DNA of 64,000 nucleotides from assembly GCA_040224245.1 (NCBI GenBank), contig JBEGIR010000004.1, positions 26,707-90,706 of the forward strand, in the 5' to 3' direction. This stretch comes from Puniceicoccaceae bacterium (GTDB lineage: Bacteria > Verrucomicrobiota > Verrucomicrobiia > Opitutales > JAFGAQ01). Below, in pieces: positions 9,544 to 18,122 of the stretch (the stretch's first letter is position 1; every line of letters starts with the position of its first letter). Both the position numbers and the translations under genes were made by a program. The notes under the pieces were generated by a model. That model ran no database searches, had not been told where the DNA came from, and worked only from the letters and a program-made list of their open reading frames with translations.

Positions 9544-10473
9544 CTATGAAGGCGTTGACGCCGGAGTGACAGGTTCGTTCTCAGAACCAGTCGTCTTGCC
9601 GCTTGGATCGATCATTTGCGGTCTGCGGTGGGTCAGAATCGCCACCACGCAGGACGCGACAATAAAGGTGCTGACGAGATAGAAGACTGCATTCGGGGCT
9701 TCGCCAAACACCCAAAATGCCAGCACACCCGCAAACAGAAACTGACTCACATTCATCACACCGACAATTTGCCCGCGGAGGTGACGCATCGCATTATTGA
9801 TCAGTGTATGACCCATCGCACCCGGGATCAGTGCCAACAACAAAGCCATCAGGTAATCGCGAGGACCATTGTCCAGAAGCTGCTCAAATCGAAGAAGGCT
9901 GACCGCGAGGCACATGGCTGATGCACTCACATAGACTGGAACAATGTAAACAAAGACGGAATGTGCGCTGCGGTTCTTGCGCCCAAGCGACAGATAGGCA
10001 GCAAAGAGCAACATCGATGCAAAACAGATGAGATCTCCCATCATGTGCTCCCGGGAGAAGTGGTAGTCATTCATCGCCAGTATCGCGATGCCCGCCATCG
10101 AAACCAGGGTCGCGACCACCTCCACTCGGTTCACCCGCTCGCGGTGCGTCAGCCACAGCAAAAACGGTAGTGCGATGGGTACCATGTTGACAATCAGGGT
10201 TCCATGAGCCGCCAGCGTCAACCGCACACCCTCGTTCCAGGTGATGAAATGCGCCGCGAGAAAAAAGCCTGCCGGAAGGGAGGAAAGCCAGATTCGCCGA
10301 AACTGAATATTGCCTGCCCGACGACAGTCCCGAATAAACCAGGGAGCCAGCAACAAGGATGCCATGAGCAGTCGAAGACCCGCGAGGTAGGCAGGATCCA
10401 TCGTCGTGGATTTGATGAAAATCACCGATGACGAACAGGCAACAATGCCAAGAAAAAGTCCGACCCAAACCAT
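9544..10473 (-). CDS. DMT-superfamily transporter (two EamA domains), 309 aa
   Basis: About 10 predicted TM helices. The N- and C-halves are internally duplicated in the EamA pattern, with a hydrophilic C-terminal tail. Confidence 0.85.
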   Translation of the reverse strand: MVWVGLFLGIVACSSSVIFIKSTTMDPAYLAGLRLLMASLLLAPWFIRDCRRAGNIQFRRIWLSSLPAGFFLAAHFITWNEGVRLTLAAHGTLIVNMVPIALPFLLWLTHRERVNRVEVVATLVSMAGIAILAMNDYHFSREHMMGDLICFASMLLFAAYLSLGRKNRSAHSVFVYIVPVYVSASAMCLAVSLLRFEQLLDNGPRDYLMALLLALIPGAMGHTLINNAMRHLRGQIVGVMNVSQFLFAGVLAFWVFGEAPNAVFYLVSTFIVASCVVAILTHRRPQMIDPSGKTTGSENEPVTPASTPS

Positions 10474-10489
10474 TGGAAAATGCAGCGCA

Positions 10490-11389
10490 TTATTTGCGCA
10501 TCCATCGACGAATCAACAGGAAAGTCAGTACGCAGCCCGCAAAGATCTGCGCCGAAAGCAGGATTGCGCTGCCACTGATCCCCTCGATCCACAGCAGGCG
10601 ATCAAGGGTGTCCCCAAACTCATCTTCGAGAATCGACCTCCCCCATTTCTCGGCGGTTTCGGGATCCAGTTCAAACAGTCCATGCACAGCCTCCACAAAC
10701 TCTATCGTCTGCATCGGCTCGTAACCAAGCCAGCCGATTTCGCTCAGATCCGGTGCAAATACCCGCAGTTCTGGAATGGTGGACACGGGACGCTGCTGCA
10801 AAGGTTCGCCATCCGGAAATATCTCGCCTGCACTCGATGATCCCTCGAGTTGCGGTGCTTCAAACCACAACAACACCAGAAAATCCTGCGCGTAATGGAC
10901 AAATTCGGGACTGCGAAAATGTCGCTCCCATTCCCGACAGGAAGAACAGTCCTCTGCACTCGAAATCACGACGAGCAATGGACGCTGCTCTTGAACGGCC
11001 ACTTCGCTTGCCTGCTTCCAATCGCTGTACCAAGACAGTCCGGTATCCGACTGTCTTGCCTCAGGGGCAGAAGTTGCGCCGCCCGATGACTCAGCACCAT
11101 GGTTTGTTTCGGACAAATTGCGCTGCCAGGAGCTTTCTCCAGATTGCCGGATGATCTGGTCAGCACTGCCATAAAAGCCTTCACTCAATCGCACCACCCG
11201 TCCATCCCTCACATGCACGCCACCCTGTGGATAGCTGTAGATCGTGGTCGTTCCCCGCAGGATTTCTGCTGTCGGCTCCCCCAGCTCCAAGCGCATTTTG
11301 CTGACGCTGTCACCCGGTTCCAGTCTGGCATAGCTGACACTTGCAGCACACAGAAATAGACTCAGAAACAGAAAAAAGACAGGTTTCAT
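10490..11389 (-). CDS. Exported, C-terminally membrane-anchored thioredoxin-fold protein with a CSSC (CxxC) motif, 299 aa
   Basis: Internal ATG at 11389 gives the signal peptide MKPVFFLFLSLFLCAASVSYA. Trx-like segment LLVVISSAEDCSSCREWERHF and C-terminal TM helix ILLSAQIFAGCVLTFLLI. The tracked 463-aa version runs antisense through the tauE gene. Confidence 0.55.
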   Translation of the reverse strand: MKPVFFLFLSLFLCAASVSYARLEPGDSVSKMRLELGEPTAEILRGTTTIYSYPQGGVHVRDGRVVRLSEGFYGSADQIIRQSGESSWQRNLSETNHGAESSGGATSAPEARQSDTGLSWYSDWKQASEVAVQEQRPLLVVISSAEDCSSCREWERHFRSPEFVHYAQDFLVLLWFEAPQLEGSSSAGEIFPDGEPLQQRPVSTIPELRVFAPDLSEIGWLGYEPMQTIEFVEAVHGLFELDPETAEKWGRSILEDEFGDTLDRLLWIEGISGSAILLSAQIFAGCVLTFLLIRRWMRK

Positions 11390-11485
11390 GATGCGTGGGG
11401 ACGAGATCAGACGTTCAGTCCAGCTATACCTGAAATTTTCAATCTTTCGAGTCGAAATCCCCCGGAAATTGCGAAGACTGCGAGC

Positions 11486-12250
11486 ATGATGCTCGGACTC
11501 GACCTGATGGATTGTGCAATTGGCATACTCGCGGCATTGCTGGTGGGACTGGGGAAAGGTGGACTTCCGGGTGCCGGAAACCTTTCTGTCATTCTCATGG
11601 CCATGATCTTCCCAAGCCGGGAATCGGTTGGCATTCTCTTGCCCATCCTCATCTGTGCCGATGTGGTGGCCGTAGCGGTCTATCATTCCCACACCCAGTG
11701 GACACACCTGTGGCGACTGCTTCCCTGGACCCTGCTCGGGGTGGTGGCAGGGGCTTTTGTTTTTCAAAACATGGACGACGCACTGCTGACACGCGTGATC
11801 GGTGCCATTTTGCTGCTCATGGTCGCACTGACACCCCTGCGCAAGTATTTCCAGCAACACCCGGATGAACTTCCCGGACAACGCCTGACCTTCAAGCAGC
11901 AGGCCTTCGTCGGATCGACAGGTGTGCTCGGAGGCGTCGCCACCATGGTGGCCAACGCAGCAGGCCCGGTCATCGGTATCTATCTGATGATGTCACGCCT
12001 TCCCAAATTTGCCTTCATCGGCACGGCAGCCTGGTTTTTCTTCATCATCAACCTGTGCAAGATGCCCATCCAGGTCGGCATTGGCAACATCACATGGGCG
12101 TCACTGAAGTTGAGTGCCGGATTTGGCGTTTTTGCCGTAGTCGCAGCCATGATCGCACCTCGCCTCATGAAGTGGGTGCCCCAGCACATTTTCAGCTTTC
12201 TGGTGTGGCTTTTCATTGTTGTCGCAGGGGTGAAAATGCTGTTGTTTTGA
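11486..12250 (+). CDS. TauE/SafE-family sulfite/anion exporter, 254 aa
   Basis: ATG at 11486. Polytopic membrane protein with the family-typical GLGKGGLPGAG and duplicated 4-TM halves. Confidence 0.85.
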   Translation: MMLGLDLMDCAIGILAALLVGLGKGGLPGAGNLSVILMAMIFPSRESVGILLPILICADVVAVAVYHSHTQWTHLWRLLPWTLLGVVAGAFVFQNMDDALLTRVIGAILLLMVALTPLRKYFQQHPDELPGQRLTFKQQAFVGSTGVLGGVATMVANAAGPVIGIYLMMSRLPKFAFIGTAAWFFFIINLCKMPIQVGIGNITWASLKLSAGFGVFAVVAAMIAPRLMKWVPQHIFSFLVWLFIVVAGVKMLLF

Positions 12251-12295
12251 AGCCGAAACCTCCATCCCTCCAAGCTCTCGCAATAACGCCTCCAC

Positions 12296-12721
12296 ATGTT
12301 CTCCCATCTGCGCATCCGCCTGCGATCCCTCTTCGCGGCAATCTCCAATCCTGTCGCCCACGACCGCAGAAGCATGGGACAACTCGGCGAACAGCTGGCC
12401 GCCCAATTCCTGAAACGCCACGCCAGATTCAAGGTGCTGGCAAGCAACTGGAGCAACGGTCAGCAGGAGATTGATCTGGTCTGTCGGGAGGGGAACGTTC
12501 TGGTTTTTGTGGAGGTCCGTGCCCGACAGGATGGAGCACGGGTACCCGGCTTTGCATCGCTAACCCGCAAGAAACGACGCAACCTGCGCAAGGCAGCCTA
12601 CGCCTACCTGCGAACCCTGCGACCCCGACCCCGCACCTACCGTTACGATGCCGTTGAGTTGCGCATGCAGGGGACAGATGCGACTGAGATTCATCACTTT
12701 CGCAACATCGATGTATTCTGA
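12296..12721 (+). CDS. YraN-family (UPF0102) endonuclease-like protein
   Basis: Core GEQLAAQFLKRHARFKVLASNW...GEIDLVCREGNVLVFVEVRAR matches the YraN pattern. The start is ambiguous: ATG at 12296, or at 12374 giving MGQLGEQ. Confidence 0.7.
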   Translation: MFSHLRIRLRSLFAAISNPVAHDRRSMGQLGEQLAAQFLKRHARFKVLASNWSNGQQEIDLVCREGNVLVFVEVRARQDGARVPGFASLTRKKRRNLRKAAYAYLRTLRPRPRTYRYDAVELRMQGTDATEIHHFRNIDVF

Positions 12722-12752
12722 ATCCACCTGTTCAAGCGTGTAGAATCCAGAT

Positions 12753-13229
12753 TCAGCCCGGCTGTTGCTCCAACAGAAAATCCGCAATGGCTTCGATTTC
12801 AGATTCACTGAGCAGTGCCGTCATCGGAAGCATGCCCTTCTCCAGCAACCCCTCCCTTAGAATTTGCAGAATCGACTCCCGTGTGAAGGGTCGCTCCGAC
12901 TGCCCGTCAAACAAATCACTGCCGGTCAGGCCCGCCACCCGCGGCTCACCCGGCATACCGTGACAGGAAGCACAGTGCAATTGGTAGGTTTTCCGCACCA
13001 TGGGATTCGCACTGGACACCTCCGTGAACTCCTGCGATGCCGGAGGCAACTCCGGCACAGTGCCACCCGCAACAGTCATAGCTGGTGCCGTTCGCACCAG
13101 TGCACTCTGCTCTGGATTCAGCCAGCGCACCGACGTCACGACCAAGGTAAAAACAAGGATGCTCCCCCATATTCCTATGAGACTCTGGATCTGCTGATTC
13201 GAGGAAACCTGCGATGACCGGCTGTGCAT
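12753..13229 (-). CDS. Membrane-anchored c-type cytochrome (class I domain), 158 aa
   Basis: ATG at 13229, N-terminal TM helix, heme-binding CxxCH motif CASCHG, and a distal Met region (GMLPM). Confidence 0.7.
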   Translation of the reverse strand: MHSRSSQVSSNQQIQSLIGIWGSILVFTLVVTSVRWLNPEQSALVRTAPAMTVAGGTVPELPPASQEFTEVSSANPMVRKTYQLHCASCHGMPGEPRVAGLTGSDLFDGQSERPFTRESILQILREGLLEKGMLPMTALLSESEIEAIADFLLEQQPG

Positions 13230-13423
13230 GGACGCGATGAAAACAGTTGATGATCCCAGCTATGCAGGCACCCAGCCCTCCTGTCAGCAACAACCGGACG
13301 AAGCGTCAACCCAGTCTACCATGCGCAGGAAGCGCTCAGGAACGGACGCCGCCAGCCATCAGCGGTCCTGCATCAACCCTCGGCATGCGCCAAGGTTTTA
13401 ACTGAGGCATCGCAGAAATTCCA

Positions 13424-13478
13424 CTTTCGCAACGCTCAAACATTGCAAATGCATGGCTTTCCCCTTTCTTTGCGAAAG
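13424..13478 (+). promoter_or_regulatory. Leader inverted repeat covering the zwf ribosome-binding region
   Basis: CTTTCGCAA (13424-13432) and its exact complement TTGCGAAAG (13470-13478) are 37 nt apart. The right arm ends 2 nt before the zwf ATG (13481). Confidence 0.3.
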
Positions 13479-13480
13479 AT

Positions 13481-15028
13481 ATGGCTGAGAACCAACGACA
13501 TCCGTTCCTGACAGGGCTTAGCAAACACCGCGGGGCTAACCCAACGATCCTCGTGATCTTCGGTGCCTCCGGAGACCTCACGCAGCGCAAGCTCATTCCT
13601 GCGCTCTACAACCTGGGAGTGGATAATCTGCTGCCCTCAGACTTCACCCTCATCGGATTTGGCCGCAAGGAGATTCCCAATCCGGAGTTCCGTCAGTTCG
13701 CGCGCGATGCCGTCGAAACCTTCTCGCGCCGGGGTCTCGACAAAGACATCTGGGAACGCATCGAACCCAATATCGAATACCTCGCTGGTTCCTACGACGA
13801 TCTGAATGCCTTTCAACGCCTGCACGACCGCGTACACGAAATTGAGGCCGAACATGATCGCCAGTTCCAGCTGCTCTACTACATTTCAACACCACCGAGC
13901 GTGTTCGAACCCATTGTCACCAATCTGGGCGAAAGCAAGCTGTCCCGCCACGGGCACTCCTCTGGACTCAAACCCAAAATCGTAATCGAAAAACCGTTCG
14001 GCAAGGATCTTGAAACGGCACGGGAACTCAACCGAACCATCCTTCAACAGTTCGACGAAGATCAGGTCTACCGCATCGACCACTATCTGGGCAAAGAAAC
14101 GGTGCAGGATCTGCTCGTACAGCGTTTTGCCAACGCCATTTTTGAACCCATCTGGAACCGCGAATACGTGAGCTGTGTGCAGATCACGGTAGCAGAGCAG
14201 CTCGGCGTCGGATCGCGCGCTGGCTACTACGACCAGAGCGGTGCCCTGCGCGACATGATTCAGAATCACACGATGCAGCTGCTCTCCCTCACGGCGATGG
14301 AACCACCCGTGTCGCTCGACCCCGAGTCCATCCGCGATGAGAAAGTGAAGGTGCTCAAGGCCATCCAGCCACTGGAGCTTCGCAAGGATGGGGGAGATGC
14401 CGTGCGCGCCCAGTATCGGGAAGGTCTGGTGGAGGGCAAGCGCGTCCCGGGATACCTCGACGAGCAGGACGTTCCCCAGCGCTCCACAACCGAAAGCTAT
14501 GCCGCGCTTCGCCTGTTCATCAACAACTGGCGATGGAAGGGAGTCCCGTTCTACCTGCGCTCAGGCAAGCGCATGGCCCGGCGCATCAGTGAAATCGCCA
14601 TCGAATTCAAACGCCCCCCCGGCATCCTGTTCAGTGAAGGCAACCGATTCGACCTGTCGCCCAATGTCATGGTGATTCGCGTGCAGCCCGACGAAGGAGT
14701 GACTCTGCTGCTCAACTCCAAAATCCCCGGTTTGGAAACGCGAACCCAGCCGGTGAAAATGCATTTCAACTACTCAACGACCTACGGCTCCAATACTCCG
14801 GAAGCCTACGAGCGCCTCATCCTTGATGCTCTCGTCGGAGACAGTACGCTCTTCATACGTGGTGATGAAACAGAGGAATCCTGGCGCATCATCACGCCGC
14901 TTCTTGACTATTGGAAAGAACATGGGCAACAGGGTCTCGAAACCTACTCGGCAGGCTCATGGGGACCGCTCGCCGCCGAACGCATGCTCTGGGATCTTCG
15001 TCACGAGTGGCGTCGCCCCAGCGTCTGA
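13481..15028 (+). CDS. zwf: Glucose-6-phosphate 1-dehydrogenase, 515 aa
   Basis: NADP-binding motif FGASGDLTQRKLIPAL, active-site motif RIDHYLGKE, and full-length G6PD architecture. Confidence 0.95.
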   Translation: MAENQRHPFLTGLSKHRGANPTILVIFGASGDLTQRKLIPALYNLGVDNLLPSDFTLIGFGRKEIPNPEFRQFARDAVETFSRRGLDKDIWERIEPNIEYLAGSYDDLNAFQRLHDRVHEIEAEHDRQFQLLYYISTPPSVFEPIVTNLGESKLSRHGHSSGLKPKIVIEKPFGKDLETARELNRTILQQFDEDQVYRIDHYLGKETVQDLLVQRFANAIFEPIWNREYVSCVQITVAEQLGVGSRAGYYDQSGALRDMIQNHTMQLLSLTAMEPPVSLDPESIRDEKVKVLKAIQPLELRKDGGDAVRAQYREGLVEGKRVPGYLDEQDVPQRSTTESYAALRLFINNWRWKGVPFYLRSGKRMARRISEIAIEFKRPPGILFSEGNRFDLSPNVMVIRVQPDEGVTLLLNSKIPGLETRTQPVKMHFNYSTTYGSNTPEAYERLILDALVGDSTLFIRGDETEESWRIITPLLDYWKEHGQQGLETYSAGSWGPLAAERMLWDLRHEWRRPSV

Positions 15029-15078
15029 TGCACAATGCGATCCGGGACTTACTTCTCCCCGACACAACCGATTGATCC

Positions 15079-16074
15079 ATGGCTTCCATTTTAGACAATC
15101 TACCCGGCGTTCCCATGCCGATCTCCGAAATCTCCCGCCAACTGAGAGAAATGTGGCGTGGCGACGAGGATTCGAAGACCTCTGCTCCCTCAGAGTTTCG
15201 CGCCTCACAGCTCAATCTCATCCTTCACGTGGGTTGGGATACCAGTGAATCCGAGGCCCAGTCCCTCTTTGAGGCTGCGATCCAGTTTACGCAACGCCAT
15301 CCTGGCCGCATTCTGTTTTTGGCCCCCTCTGAAGATGCCGGAGAGGCCGATGTGCTCAAGGGCAAACTGTTCACTCAGTGTTACATTGGTGAGAGTCACC
15401 GGGAAATGTGCTGCTGTGAGGCTGTACTGTTGGAATATGCATCGAGCGAACCTCGTTCGCTGTTCAACCAGGTATCGGTGTGGCTGGAAAGCGACCTCCC
15501 GATCTATCACTGGTTCCACCGCATGCCCGTAAAGGCCGTGAAGAACAAATACCTCGCATTTGTGAAAAACTCGAAGCGCATCCTGTACGACTCCGCCGTG
15601 GAGAGCGATGACTATCAGGAAATCCCAACCCCAGACCCCTGGCGCATCCGGGACCTTGCAGATGCACGCATGCTCCCGATCAAGCAATCCATCGGACAAG
15701 TCCTCAGTACGTTTGACCCCGCACTCATTGTGGATGGACTGCACACCATCGAAGTGCGCTCCCATAAAGCCCATCGTGCCAATGCTCACCAATTGCGCAA
15801 CTGGCTCGAACGCTGTCTTGATCAAACACCCGCATTTCTCGGCACAAAACCCTCGGTCCCTTTCCGGTGCTGCGAATTGGAATGCGAGGATACCAGCCTT
15901 GAGGTCGAGTTTCTGTATGACAATGCGCAGCGGTTTCACTGGATACTCTGTGCATCGGGAAACGAGGCAACCTCAACCTCCGTCCTGGGTAATCGCAGCG
16001 GCACCCACCACGCCAGCTTTCGCCCGCTCGAACCTGTCAGCGTACTCGCAGAGGCGATCTTTTTCGGTCGCTGA
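15079..16074 (+). CDS. opcA: OpcA-like G6PD assembly/effector protein, 331 aa
   Basis: Lies immediately downstream of zwf on the same strand (50-nt gap). N-terminal pattern ...ISRQLREMW...RASQLNLILHV resembles OpcA proteins. Call rests on synteny plus weak motif recognition. Confidence 0.55.
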   Translation: MASILDNLPGVPMPISEISRQLREMWRGDEDSKTSAPSEFRASQLNLILHVGWDTSESEAQSLFEAAIQFTQRHPGRILFLAPSEDAGEADVLKGKLFTQCYIGESHREMCCCEAVLLEYASSEPRSLFNQVSVWLESDLPIYHWFHRMPVKAVKNKYLAFVKNSKRILYDSAVESDDYQEIPTPDPWRIRDLADARMLPIKQSIGQVLSTFDPALIVDGLHTIEVRSHKAHRANAHQLRNWLERCLDQTPAFLGTKPSVPFRCCELECEDTSLEVEFLYDNAQRFHWILCASGNEATSTSVLGNRSGTHHASFRPLEPVSVLAEAIFFGR

Positions 16075-16153
16075 GAACCAACGTCTGTTTCCAACCCGCA
16101 GTGGGGAACACTCATTGCACCTATATCGTCAGGCAGGAACCACCATCCCTGTT

Positions 16154-17248
16154 TTACAACGGGATCTCGATCACAATCGATCCATATGAGACATCCCTAC
16201 GGGTTTCCGACCCGTTCGAAATCACATCCGCATGAATGTTTTCGAGCAGCGGACTTGAGAATACCAGTCCGACTCGCAAGGTGAAGCGATTTCGAATCTG
16301 ATAGGAAGTCGTGATCCCCAAACTGACTATCCCTGGCTTTCGCTCAACCTTTCGATCATCACTGGTCAACATGCTTCCATCATAGATGACCGAGTATGCA
16401 ATCCAATTTGCACCCAGCGACAGATCGAATTCGAGCGACTGACTCGATGCTCCCTCATCCAATGGAGCAAACCCTCCATCTGCAATGCCAACACCTGGTG
16501 GAGCGGGTTCGGGTGAGAATCCGACAGGTAAATTCCACCCCCAGCGCAAAGCGACACTTGTATCCAAGCCTGTCATCAAGTTCCCAAACTGTCCGCCCGA
16601 TGCGACCAGCAAAGACCCCGACCAATCATTCTGCCTTACTCCCCAACGCCACAACTTTCGTTTGTATTGAATCGCCAGGTTCAACAGTAACTCCGTCTCC
16701 CGCTGAGTATCCCAACCTTCAGGGCTTTGTCCCAAACCCAGTTTCGAATGAACGAAATCCTGAATGCGTCCACCTGCAGACTCATCTCCAAGCACACCTG
16801 CCGTTAATTGCAGAGCGCGTTGTTCTTCTTCGTTGAAAAACTGCCAGATCTTCGAAAGCGTCAGCGTGCTCCCATAAGGTAACTCCCCCTCCTCCCAGGT
16901 CTCCGCCTGAAGATCCCCCGGCGTCACCAGCAACTGACCCACAGCATAGCCTTCCCTGATCCACCCACTTTTCCGACTCCCGGCAACCCATCTCAGCGGC
17001 CAGTTGAATGCATTTCCGGATCCGAAATTCTCGCCATCTGCTGCCCTCAAATCATCGAAAAACTGGATGCTCAACCCACTCGTAAAATTGGAGTCCTCCT
17101 TGAGGAAGGCATCATTTCCGATTTCAACCCTCCAAAATCCTCCTGCTTCACCAGCTTCTTGATGGACCTCAGCTTGCGCTGGAGTGACAACCCCGCCAGA
17201 GAGCATGACGAATACCAGCAACTCGGTACGCACGAGCATGCTCAGCAT
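16154..17248 (-). CDS. LpxR-family (DUF2219) outer-membrane protein, putative lipid A 3'-O-deacylase
   Basis: Signal-like MLSMLVRTELLVFVMLSGGVVTPAQA begins at ATG 17248. Family-like segments VEIGNDAF...FTSGLSIQF and GGRIQDFVHSKLG...PEGWDTQRETELLLN. Confidence 0.6.
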   Translation of the reverse strand: MLSMLVRTELLVFVMLSGGVVTPAQAEVHQEAGEAGGFWRVEIGNDAFLKEDSNFTSGLSIQFFDDLRAADGENFGSGNAFNWPLRWVAGSRKSGWIREGYAVGQLLVTPGDLQAETWEEGELPYGSTLTLSKIWQFFNEEEQRALQLTAGVLGDESAGGRIQDFVHSKLGLGQSPEGWDTQRETELLLNLAIQYKRKLWRWGVRQNDWSGSLLVASGGQFGNLMTGLDTSVALRWGWNLPVGFSPEPAPPGVGIADGGFAPLDEGASSQSLEFDLSLGANWIAYSVIYDGSMLTSDDRKVERKPGIVSLGITTSYQIRNRFTLRVGLVFSSPLLENIHADVISNGSETRRDVSYGSIVIEIPL

Positions 17249-17413
17249 TCCCCGGATCGCTTGCACCCCAAAGCGTGCAAACCCAATGCCATTCTGAGTT
17301 TTCCGCAAAACGTGGGAAAAATGTATTCGACAAAAACGCATTCAAAATCGTGCGATGGCTATCATTCCATATTCGCTCCAGAACCGACCAGACAGGACGC
17401 AAGCAGAACAAGA

Positions 17414-18046
17414 TCAGATCTCAAAAATCTCGCGAAACACCCGCTCGAGTTCTGATAGCAGGGAATCATTCATGATTTCCGGAACCATGCGGGAGCGAAC
17501 CGCAAATCCATCAAAAATCACCCGGATAAGAAAGATTTTCGCCTCTATTTCCTTATCCGAAAGGGTGCGCCCTTGTTGCGCGTAACAGTGAGTCAAACAC
17601 GACTTGAACAACGCTTCATCCTTGGAATCCCATTCCCGAATGATGGCGTCAATCGCGGGATTGCGGTTCGCCTCCGAGTTCAGCTCAATCTCAAGAATCG
17701 TATCCTTTTGGGGATCATGCTCATCCGTTCCCAGTGATTTGACGTGATTCACAACTGCCGCGATAATCGCATCAAAGTCCTTCAACCCAGACACAAAGAT
17801 TTGCAACCGTTTCTGTTCCTCAATGGCGATGGCTTCAGTAATGGCATCCTTATTCTTGAAATAGCGGTAGGCCAAGCCCTGACTCACCCCGGCATACTCG
17901 GCAATCAGGCTCATGGTTGCCGCATGAAAGCCGCGCTCCCGAAAGGCCCTCCTCGCAGCATTCAGGATGTTTTGTCGCTGCATCTGCATCCGCTCTGCCA
18001 ACTTTGTCATTTTGCTAATGTATTTGTTTATACGGGATTGACGCAA
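17414..18046 (-). CDS. TetR/AcrR-family transcriptional regulator
   Basis: N-terminal HTH region RRAFRERGFHAATMSLIAEYAGVSQGLAYRYFKNKD. It is the last gene of the RND efflux gene string. The start is ambiguous (18046 or 18010). Confidence 0.85.
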   Translation of the reverse strand: MRQSRINKYISKMTKLAERMQMQRQNILNAARRAFRERGFHAATMSLIAEYAGVSQGLAYRYFKNKDAITEAIAIEEQKRLQIFVSGLKDFDAIIAAVVNHVKSLGTDEHDPQKDTILEIELNSEANRNPAIDAIIREWDSKDEALFKSCLTHCYAQQGRTLSDKEIEAKIFLIRVIFDGFAVRSRMVPEIMNDSLLSELERVFREIFEI

Positions 18047-18122
18047 TGCTCAGTGTGCTACAAAGAACCGCAGGCATCCAAAGTCAATTTCTTCTCCTCT
18101 GCCTGCAGTTCTCATCGTTCTC

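Noticed and set aside
10490-11881. 463-aa version of the minus-strand ORF as listed in the track
   Set aside because: The N-terminal 164 codons run antisense through the tauE/safE gene and are His/Gln/Cys-rich with no features. An internal ATG at 11389 gives a clean signal peptide, so I trimmed the gene to 10490-11389.
15205-15939. 244-aa minus-strand ORF
   Set aside because: It lies wholly inside the opcA-like gene on the other strand and has no motifs. I preferred the plus-strand gene because of its tight coupling to zwf.
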